Source: a virus
Taxonomy: Duplodnaviria; Heunggongvirae; Uroviricota; Caudoviricetes
IMG/VR virus record: IMGVR_UViG_2778261505_000002
Length of the DNA: 64,000 nucleotides
Direction: 5' to 3' (one strand)
Position 1 is the first letter of the stretch. The number at the start of each line of letters is the position of its first letter. Shown here piece after piece: positions 56,331-64,000 of the stretch. A model generated the notes under the pieces. The model did not search any database and was not told the DNA's origin. It saw nothing but the letters and a program-made list of their open reading frames with translations. Made by a program: the position numbers and the translations under genes.

Positions 56331-56405
56331 ATAGACAATTACGGCAGACGTTCTTAACCATAGCTTGCTAACATCCTAGCAACACTTTTTTTCAGCGCAA
56401 AATTC

Positions 56406-56428
56406 AAAGGGGCTTCGGCCCCTTTTTT
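56406..56428 (+). terminator. rho-independent terminator
   Basis: GGGGC-TTCG-GCCCC followed by TTTTTT. Confidence 0.85.
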
Positions 56429-56471
56429 GCAACTGAAAGAGTCAAGTCTACGAACTTTGTAGGAAGAAATA

Positions 56472-56822
56472 ATGACCAGCAAAGAGAACACACCACTAAA
56501 AGTCACCCCTGAACACATTGAACAACTCATTCAAAGTGAACATTATTTCACTGCATATGATGCCAGCCACGGGGATAACTTCATCTCTGTTTACAATTCA
56601 AAAACAGATATCGACAAAGGTCATGAGTCGTTAAAACTCTTAACGTTCTGCGTTATGGTTCTCAAAAATGGATATACCGTAACGGGAAAATCTGCGTGCG
56701 TAAGACCAGAAATCTTCAACTTTGATGTTGGTCGCGAGTACGCTCGAAAAGATGCTATCGATCAAATCTGGCCCCTGGAAGGCTATCTCCTGAAGCAAAA
56801 GTGGCATGAGGCAAAGCAATGA
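56472..56822 (+). CDS. hypothetical protein (116 aa)
   Basis: ORF translationally coupled to the glutaredoxin gene. Confidence 0.5.
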   Translation: MTSKENTPLKVTPEHIEQLIQSEHYFTAYDASHGDNFISVYNSKTDIDKGHESLKLLTFCVMVLKNGYTVTGKSACVRPEIFNFDVGREYARKDAIDQIWPLEGYLLKQKWHEAKQ

Positions 56823-57064
56823 CGATCACTATCTACGGACGAGATAACTGCTCATACTGCAAACGTGCGGTCGAGCTGGCGAAGCAACTAAAGGGACATG
56901 GCTACGGTGATTATGAGTACATCGACATCACCACTGCCGGTATCGACAAGGAAAAACTAAGTGAAATTGTTGGTAAACCGGTAGAGACTATCCCCCAAGT
57001 GCTGATCGATGGCCAACCGATTGGCGGATACACTGAACTGGCTGCATACGTCAGCACCCTCTGA
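56819..57064 (+). CDS. glutaredoxin-like protein (NrdH/Grx family)
   Basis: CSYC active site and C-terminal IPQVLIDGQPIGGY signature. Confidence 0.8.
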   Translation: MTITIYGRDNCSYCKRAVELAKQLKGHGYGDYEYIDITTAGIDKEKLSEIVGKPVETIPQVLIDGQPIGGYTELAAYVSTL

Positions 57065-57274
57065 TTTTAACGGCTCACAGGAGCCGTTTTTATTCCCACC
57101 AAACTCACTCCCGTTTCCCTTAAAATTCAAAAAACAACGTCAAAATGATTCCATACCTACTATGTATGGAATCATTACTGAAAATGAGTTACTTTTACTC
57201 TTGATCCTATAAGAATCTATGCCTAATATACTGTTTACTTATACAGTGAATCGGCGTAACTCGGTGATTGTCAT

Positions 57275-58378
57275 ATGAAAAATAGCTTTGACAGAGCACG
57301 CGCTGCGGAGAACACCTCAAAAGAGGCGATTGAGTATCTCGAAAGAGCATCTCAAATGCAGGCCGTTATGATCTCGCAGGTTAGCAATGATATGAGATTC
57401 TCGGACGCATTCATGTTATTTACTCGCTTATCTCTGCTGATAACCAGACGTCGGCCAGAGATCGCTGTTCATTGTATTTTGATACATGTTTTGCCGCACA
57501 TTGCCGATGTAAAAGTAAGTGACATTAATAGGTTCATGGTGAACCAACTGGTCAACCCACTAATACTGGATGGCAAAATTGTTATGGGCCGCCGCGTTTT
57601 CTCTCTGATGAAGCAGTTCCTTAGCTGGTGCGCCTTCCAGGGGATGATAGACGTGTCACCGTTAAACGATATGTCACTTAACAAAGTTGCCGGTGGCGCA
57701 AAGCCCACACCTCGCGAGCGGAAGCTGACCGACGCAGAGGTATGGGTGTTCTGGAATATATGGGACTACTTCAATGTGTGCGCTGGTACAAAATGGGCGG
57801 CCAGGCTGTGTCTTGTATCCGCAAGACGACCTGACGAAGTACTGCGGGCTAAAAAAAGTGAGTTCAATCTTAAGCGTGGGGTTTGGAATCAAGGCAAGAG
57901 GAACAAATCTGCCCGTGAGCATTCGCTGCCTTTAAGCACATTAATGCGCACATGTATTGAAGAGTTGTTCGAATACGGTAAAGGCAGCCAGTGGCTCGTG
58001 CCTTCGAATAAAAAAATCGGGAAAGACCTTCCTATGTCTAAAGTGGCAATAGCCCAGGCATTACGTCGTATTCTGGAACGACCAGAACTGATGGAGCTTG
58101 AGCCATTTACACCCCGAGACTTGCGCCGTACTGCGCGTAGTTACTTCCCAGCATTAGGCATAAGCCAGGAGGTATCACGTAAAATCATGAACCACAGTCT
58201 TGAGGGGATAGATCGAGTCTACGACCGGCACGATTATATGGACGAGATGCGAGACGCCTTAGAAAGTTTCTCGACGTACATCGCATCAATCGTAGAGCAA
58301 CCGGATTTAGACGAAATTGACCACAAATTCAAGGGAGATCGTCTATCAACAGAGCTTATTCGTGTAAATTTTTCATAG
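57275..58378 (+). CDS. tyrosine recombinase / phage integrase
   Basis: C-terminal catalytic pattern R...NHSLEG...RVYDRHDY (Arg, His-x-x-Arg, Tyr). Confidence 0.8.
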   Translation: MKNSFDRARAAENTSKEAIEYLERASQMQAVMISQVSNDMRFSDAFMLFTRLSLLITRRRPEIAVHCILIHVLPHIADVKVSDINRFMVNQLVNPLILDGKIVMGRRVFSLMKQFLSWCAFQGMIDVSPLNDMSLNKVAGGAKPTPRERKLTDAEVWVFWNIWDYFNVCAGTKWAARLCLVSARRPDEVLRAKKSEFNLKRGVWNQGKRNKSAREHSLPLSTLMRTCIEELFEYGKGSQWLVPSNKKIGKDLPMSKVAIAQALRRILERPELMELEPFTPRDLRRTARSYFPALGISQEVSRKIMNHSLEGIDRVYDRHDYMDEMRDALESFSTYIASIVEQPDLDEIDHKFKGDRLSTELIRVNFS

Positions 58379-58759
58379 AGACTTTATGGCCTCAACAACC
58401 TTTTGTGATGCGCCTTTCTCTTTACCGAATCGCTCGTTATATGCAGCAAGAACCTGTTTTTCGTCCTCGTTAAGAGGAGCGGTGCCTTCTTTGTATAAAA
58501 ATGCTGCGAGTTCAGGTTGGCGTTCTTCCAGCACCATCATCATAAGACGACTTGGCTCAATACCCAGCGCCAGCGCCAACGGACGAACCTTATCGATAGG
58601 CAAAGGAATTTTGCCACTTTTAATTAAAGAAAGGTTGTTGGCATTTTTATAACCAATAAGTCTGGCTATTTGGGCCTGACTCATAGGTGAGGATTCAATC
58701 AGCCCTGCGATAAAAGCAGCATAGCGACTTTCTATAAATTCAATCTTGTTGTCAGACAT
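58373..58759 (-). CDS. HTH (XRE-like) DNA-binding protein, candidate repressor
   Basis: HTH segment SQAQIARLIGYKNANNLSLIKSGK; convergent with and overlapping the integrase 3' end. Confidence 0.55.
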   Translation of the reverse strand: MSDNKIEFIESRYAAFIAGLIESSPMSQAQIARLIGYKNANNLSLIKSGKIPLPIDKVRPLALALGIEPSRLMMMVLEERQPELAAFLYKEGTAPLNEDEKQVLAAYNERFGKEKGASQKVVEAIKSL

Positions 58760-59010
58760 TGTTACAACCTTTGCGCGTTCAATTCTCACTGGTAAGTGCT
58801 TACCGATATTACATCAAAGGTTAGGGTTGTAAAGCTATTATCATTTTTTTCGATAGGCACTTAAAAGACCGGTTAAAGGCCATTGCACGGAGAAAAATTA
58901 GCCCAAAACAGGTAAGAAAATTAACTTGTATATGATATGAATGTATTCAGTATTGATATAAATTTTAGTAGTATTCCTTACCATAGTATAAGTTAGAATG
59001 GATTGATTGA

Positions 59011-59223
59011 ATGAACACCACTATTTCCAGCCTAATCGCTCTTGAGATCGGACACGTACAGAAATTAGCTGATGAGTGTGTAGCTGACATCCTCACCGAT
59101 CTACCGAATGAGCAGATTCAGGTTGGTGTGAATGACACAACTGGCTTTATATTCGAATTTAACAACAAACGCTTCACGCTTCTCAATACCGGCTCCGGGT
59201 CTTTAGCCGTCAGAATCTGTTAA
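59011..59223 (+). CDS. hypothetical protein (70 aa)
   Basis: ORF. Confidence 0.35.
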   Translation: MNTTISSLIALEIGHVQKLADECVADILTDLPNEQIQVGVNDTTGFIFEFNNKRFTLLNTGSGSLAVRIC

Positions 59224-59321
59224 CCCCTCTTCTCCCTGCGCGAATGGCTTAGTTCCCTGTTCGCGCAGTGCTACATTAAACACACTAGTAAATAATTTGT
59301 TTTCATAACAAAGGATTAGCC

Positions 59322-61430
59322 ATGTCTAAAAAACGTTCCATCAAAGAGGTTCAGGACTTCCGTGACAGTGTAAAACGAGTAGTCGCTCTCCTTTCAGGTA
59401 AAAACATCCCTGTTGCAGAACGAGGGGACGACGCTTATGTTCGCTATAACGATGATGGAGAGCCAATTCTCGTAAACATCCCATCAATCCCGGATAACGC
59501 AACACCGGCATTGATGAATGCTGTGCGCGGATTTCTCGATCATGAGGTTGCTCACATTTTGTTTACCGATATTCGTGTGTCCAACAAAATGAGAGAAAAA
59601 GGACGCGTTCCTTCCTGGTCGCTATGGAATGCCTTAGAAGACGTGTTCATCGAGCGAAAAATGGGTCAGGTCTTTAACGGAACAAGACGTAATCTGATGG
59701 CAACTCAGCGCCTTATAATCGAAAAAGTCTTTAAACCAAAGGCTTCAGAGGCTATTGCTTATTGTGGCAAAGATCAGCGCGCGCTTTTTCTAAACTTCTT
59801 TCTCTGTCCGGTTGTAAGAGCCTGGGATGGCCAAGCACCGTTCGTAGATTTCATGGATGAATATTGGCCTGTCATTGAGAAACCAATTTCATTATTAAAA
59901 GAACATGGTATCGATGTGGCCGTGCGTAACATGTCTTGCACCGAGGATTGTGTAAAGGTGGCTGCGACCATAGCTAAGATCCTCAAAGACACTGAAAGTG
60001 AAAGCAAAGGTAAGGAGTCAGCTCCGGGAAAAACTTCCGATCCTTCAGACGCTGACCAGACGGATGCCTCTGGAGAAAACAGTGAAGACAACGAAGATCA
60101 TGAGACACCCTCAGTGTTAGATAATCACAAATCTATCAAATCAGAATCACACAGTAAGCACAAACATGATAATAACGACAGTGATGATTCAGATAATTCT
60201 GAATCATCAGAAACAATATTCGATGATACAGAAAATGATAAAGAGGTATCAGATTCTGATGCTTCTGATAACGCGGCGTCAGAATCATTAACCGCTGACC
60301 ACGAAAAAAGAAAAACGACAGAAGACGGCTCTTCAGATATCCCAACTCCGTCAAAAATGAGTCTGGAAGAGGCTTTAGAGGAGTTGGATAGCATGGAAGA
60401 TGAAGTCGGAGGCATGACAGAAGATGCGCTATCCGAAACGATTAAAAGCGAGTTAACAGAAAGCTCGAAAAGCGAATACAGGCCATACAATCGCTCATAC
60501 GACTTCATCGGCTCGATTGATCAGGCAGAAGCCCATATCAAACGGCTTATTAAAACATTCTCCGATATTGATTTGGGAGGATATCCAATCAGCCGCTATC
60601 GCATCGTTCCTGAAGGCAACCAGCTCTTCGACAAATATATTGAAAAGCATCTTTCGTCAGGTGTTTCGTCGACGCTGGCAAAAGACCTGGAGCGAGCAAT
60701 AGCAAGCAGAAACAGAGTTCAGTTTATACCGGGCCAGCGTCGGGGGCGCATTCATGGTTCTAGTATCTACAGATTAGCAATGAATGATGCTCGCGTGTTT
60801 CGTAAAAAAGAAGAATCTAAAGCCGTTAACGCCTGTGTTCAACAAGTGATTGATTTATCAGGTTCAATGAGTGGTATAACGATACAATTGGCTCTTGCAA
60901 GTGCATATACCATCGCCGATGCCCTTGATCGAATAAATGTTCCCAACATTATCACCGGCTTCACTACATTTGGTAGTCATATGGCGGCAGGAGAACTTAA
61001 GGCTGTCAAGTATGAGTTCTCTCGCTTTGAATCTTTAATGCTACCTATCATCAAAAATTGGAATGAAAAGGTAAATTCTCGCGAAGTTCGCTCACGTATG
61101 GGGTGCGTAGGCTACACATTCCCACTTCTTAATAACGTGGATGGTGAAAGCATAGCCAGCCTTGCATCGTTATTTTCCGGTCGCTTGGAGGACAGGAAGA
61201 TCATGCTTGTTCTGAGTGATGGCGCGCCGTGGGCTGTTGGGAGAGGTTTTGACGCTCATTTGCGTTCAGTTGCGAAGCAAATTGAAACGCAGACTGATAT
61301 TGATTTGATGGCAATTGGCATCATGACTGACGCACCGGAGAGATTTTACTCAAATCATGCCCTGGTAACGAGCGTTGATAGTCTTGGTTCATCTGTAGTT
61401 ACTGAACTATCTCGTATCATTTTAAAGTGA
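59322..61430 (+). CDS. von Willebrand factor A-domain protein (CobT-like) with acidic Ser/Asp/Glu-rich central region
   Basis: MIDAS motif DLSGSMSG in C-terminal half; long acidic low-complexity linker. Confidence 0.65.
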   Translation: MSKKRSIKEVQDFRDSVKRVVALLSGKNIPVAERGDDAYVRYNDDGEPILVNIPSIPDNATPALMNAVRGFLDHEVAHILFTDIRVSNKMREKGRVPSWSLWNALEDVFIERKMGQVFNGTRRNLMATQRLIIEKVFKPKASEAIAYCGKDQRALFLNFFLCPVVRAWDGQAPFVDFMDEYWPVIEKPISLLKEHGIDVAVRNMSCTEDCVKVAATIAKILKDTESESKGKESAPGKTSDPSDADQTDASGENSEDNEDHETPSVLDNHKSIKSESHSKHKHDNNDSDDSDNSESSETIFDDTENDKEVSDSDASDNAASESLTADHEKRKTTEDGSSDIPTPSKMSLEEALEELDSMEDEVGGMTEDALSETIKSELTESSKSEYRPYNRSYDFIGSIDQAEAHIKRLIKTFSDIDLGGYPISRYRIVPEGNQLFDKYIEKHLSSGVSSTLAKDLERAIASRNRVQFIPGQRRGRIHGSSIYRLAMNDARVFRKKEESKAVNACVQQVIDLSGSMSGITIQLALASAYTIADALDRINVPNIITGFTTFGSHMAAGELKAVKYEFSRFESLMLPIIKNWNEKVNSREVRSRMGCVGYTFPLLNNVDGESIASLASLFSGRLEDRKIMLVLSDGAPWAVGRGFDAHLRSVAKQIETQTDIDLMAIGIMTDAPERFYSNHALVTSVDSLGSSVVTELSRIILK

Positions 61431-61525
61431 ACAAAACAGCCTTAATGATAAGTAACCACTTACGATAGATGATGATATATTTATATAAGAAGTTGAACGC
61501 TCATTAGAGAACAAAGGAAAAACGC

Positions 61526-62761
61526 ATGACGACTACTGCACTGCAAAATGAAAAAAATCCTTCTGATTACCTTGTTTGCAAGTGGTGCGGCAAATCATTT
61601 CACTATTTTAAGTCCCATGTAGCCAATGGTAATTGCGAGGGCATTCCTGAGTCAGTAAAAGATGCCGATCCTGACACCGTACTGAAAATGTACACAACGC
61701 AGTTTCCAGATGAACCAACGCTATCGAAAAAGGCACTTGATGCAATTCAAGCTAAACGTGCCGAGCAAAAAAGCGAAATGGCCAAATCTTCTGGCTTGAC
61801 CAGTAGCCCTGGCTACACAGGCACAGTTGAGTACAAGACAGATCTGGTCGCAGCTCACGAACTGCTAAACGTAACGGTGGAAGAACTCGGAACAAAACGT
61901 GGGACGCCGCTCATGGTTAGCGTCAACGTCAATACGCCGTATCCAGAGTTCGTTCCCGAAGTGAAGAAAGGCTACGTATATGGCGACTTCGAACTGATCA
62001 AAGATATTTTCATGATGCTTGAACTTGGCATACCTGGCTATTTGTGGGGTCATGCAGGAACAGGCAAATCGTCATTGCCTACACAGCTATGTGCTTTGCT
62101 CAATCGTCCGTTGATCCGTGCCCAACATACAGCATCAATGGAAGAGGCACATGTTACGGGGCAAATTCTGGCGCGTGATGGCTCTACGTATTTCGAACCT
62201 GGCTTGCTTGCGCTCGCAATGAAGCATGGCTGGGTTTACCTCGCGGATGAATACGACTTTGCGTTTCCACAAATTCTTGGCGTGTATCAGCCAGTGCTGG
62301 AAGGTGAAGCGTTGGTCATCAAAGAGGCAACTCCAGAATGGCGTCGCATTACTCCGCATGAACGGTTTGCTTTCATTGGCACTGGCAACACGAACGGATC
62401 TGGTGATGAAACCGGCTTGTACCAGGGTACAAACATCCAGAACGCCGCGAACTTTTCGCGTTTTGGCATCGTTTCGAATGTGAAATACATGAGCAAAGAC
62501 GCAGAGATCAACATGCTGACAAATGCAGGCATCGTGGATGAATACGCTGAAAAGATGGTTAAGTTTGCCGGTATCGTTCGCGATGGATACGAAGAACACC
62601 TCATTAGTCAGCCAATTGGCCCTCGTGAACTTTTGTTGTCGGCCAAGATTGGAATGATGCGAGGCGACTTTGTGACAGGTATTGAGCGTTCTTTCATTAA
62701 CAAACTCCCTTCAGCTTCTGCACAAGCGGCTCGTGAAGTTGTTCAAAAAATATTTGGTTAA
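61526..62761 (+). CDS. AAA+ ATPase (CbbQ/NorQ/CobS-like)
   Basis: Walker A GHAGTGKSS, Walker B VYLADEYD. Confidence 0.7.
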   Translation: MTTTALQNEKNPSDYLVCKWCGKSFHYFKSHVANGNCEGIPESVKDADPDTVLKMYTTQFPDEPTLSKKALDAIQAKRAEQKSEMAKSSGLTSSPGYTGTVEYKTDLVAAHELLNVTVEELGTKRGTPLMVSVNVNTPYPEFVPEVKKGYVYGDFELIKDIFMMLELGIPGYLWGHAGTGKSSLPTQLCALLNRPLIRAQHTASMEEAHVTGQILARDGSTYFEPGLLALAMKHGWVYLADEYDFAFPQILGVYQPVLEGEALVIKEATPEWRRITPHERFAFIGTGNTNGSGDETGLYQGTNIQNAANFSRFGIVSNVKYMSKDAEINMLTNAGIVDEYAEKMVKFAGIVRDGYEEHLISQPIGPRELLLSAKIGMMRGDFVTGIERSFINKLPSASAQAAREVVQKIFG

Positions 62762-62941
62762 TCGTGCGTAAAGGATGTTTCGGCTCTCTTATCGCTGCTT
62801 CTGAAACTGGTAAGGCTTGTCTGGTGTGTCCAGACAAGCCCGATTGTCACCAATCAGCAAAAGAAGTTGCGATTTCGATGCATGGGAAGTTCGTAGGCTT
62901 CCCCAATGACAAAATCAAAAAAACCAGAAAGGTAAAAACAC

Positions 62942-64000
62942 ATGAAGGCACTGATGGTTCGAACTGACTTCTCACTTGGGGAGTCGGCTCTAAAAGCAGA
63001 AAACGCGGTGAAGATTGCCAGAGAAGCTGGCTACACCGCTGTAATTTCAGCAGATAGCATGAATATTGCGAGCGTTATTCCACTACAACGTGCCGCTGGT
63101 GACGACATGGCGGTTATTTGTGGTGTGAAACTAAACATTGTTGATGATCCCACATACGAGCACCGGGCTAAACTTGCTAAAGAATCTATGAGATGTATGG
63201 AATCATTAGAGCGAGGACGTAACTACTCGTTTACCGCTCTAATTAAAAATGAGAAAGGATATCGCGACATCTGCGAACTAATGACGGCGGCCAACACACG
63301 AGAACAGTTCTACTTTGTACCGCGTCTCTCGCTCGAACAGTTGGTTTCTACATATGCCAAAGGCAACATCATCCTGCTTACTTCCGACATCGGTAGCGTG
63401 TTCCAACGCAACGATTTTGCAAAAATCATAAGCACACTGATTACAGCGGGTGGAAAAGACAACTTCTATAGTGTGGTTTATCCGCACCCTACCCCATTCT
63501 ACGACCAGATTAACGTCCGGGCGATGAAAGTCGCCAGCGCATTGAAAATAGAGCCAGTGGCGTTCTATCCCGCTTATTACGAATCGATCGACGATGCAGA
63601 CATTAAAGACATTGCGCACATGGTTACGAACAACATCAAAATCGACCAGCCGCATCGTCTGCGTATCCCCCACCAGCGAGATAACGCCGTCAATGGTCGC
63701 CGCCATCTCCTTGAGGCGCTTAAAGCCTTCTCCGTTCGCATGGATGTGCCGGTAACAGCTGCAATGGCCTCAACAACGCAGGATACCATTATCGATGCCT
63801 GCACATGGCGCTGGCATGAATTGCCGCCAGCACTGCCAAAGATGGCAGACGACGAGCCTGCAACGCTGATGAAACTGGCTGTTGCAGGGCTGCGTAAACG
63901 TCTTACCACAAAAGAGTTTGGATACACACCACCTGCTTCTGAGAACAGGGTTTATGTTGAGCGGCTAAAGTACGAAATGGACACGCTGACTCGCCTGGGA
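62942..64000 (+). CDS. DnaE-like DNA polymerase III alpha subunit, N-terminal region (3' end outside window)
   Basis: ATG 62942, frame open to the window end; N-terminal pattern compatible with a PHP domain; not in the ORF track because no stop is reached. Confidence 0.55.
   Translation, partial: MKALMVRTDFSLGESALKAENAVKIAREAGYTAVISADSMNIASVIPLQRAAGDDMAVICGVKLNIVDDPTYEHRAKLAKESMRCMESLERGRNYSFTALIKNEKGYRDICELMTAANTREQFYFVPRLSLEQLVSTYAKGNIILLTSDIGSVFQRNDFAKIISTLITAGGKDNFYSVVYPHPTPFYDQINVRAMKVASALKIEPVAFYPAYYESIDDADIKDIAHMVTNNIKIDQPHRLRIPHQRDNAVNGRRHLLEALKAFSVRMDVPVTAAMASTTQDTIIDACTWRWHELPPALPKMADDEPATLMKLAVAGLRKRLTTKEFGYTPPASENRVYVERLKYEMDTLTRLG

Noticed and set aside
62764-62967. Small Cys-containing ORF 62764-62967 (67 aa, GTG start)
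   Set aside because: Non-ATG start without RBS, overlaps the DnaE-like start in another frame; weak support.

Overview
The window opens inside a chromosomal methionyl-tRNA synthetase gene (metG, Escherichia-like, 5' end outside the window; stop at 1446). From about 1.5 kb to the end it is a single temperate siphovirus-type element. All calls are from reading the sequence and ORF translations by eye; no database search was run. Layout: (i) 1.6-7 kb, an early-like region of small, individually terminated genes, each behind a conserved AAAACAA-N-TTGTTTT dyad, plus a roughly 850 bp C+A-rich, G-poor non-coding tract and two iteron arrays; (ii) 7.5-12.1 kb, a leftward operon ending in an SF2 helicase; (iii) 12.2-15.4 kb, two ParB-like proteins, a small ABC-type ATPase, a GNAT-like protein and a wHTH protein; (iv) 15.5-44.7 kb, terminase, portal, capsid, a lambda-like tail module (V, G/GT frameshift, tape measure, M, L, K, I, J), a side tail fibre with C-terminal chaperone domain, and a lysis cassette with overlapping spanins; (v) 44.7-47.7 kb, a GNAT/RHH toxin-antitoxin pair, ParA plus a small partner, and a GIY-YIG protein; (vi) 48-64 kb, DnaB-like helicase, primase, ATP-dependent ligase, four tightly packed tRNAs (Asn, Tyr, Thr, Ser-like), glutaredoxin, a tyrosine integrase with an adjacent HTH protein, a VWA/AAA ATPase pair, and the start of a DnaE-like polymerase. 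The gene content resembles what I recall of SSU5/pHCM2-type phage-plasmids, yet the element abuts chromosomal metG. The most interesting unexplained items are the G-poor non-coding tract with iterons, the ParB-ParB-ABC-GNAT operon, two dispersed motif families, and a twin 55 bp palindromic element.
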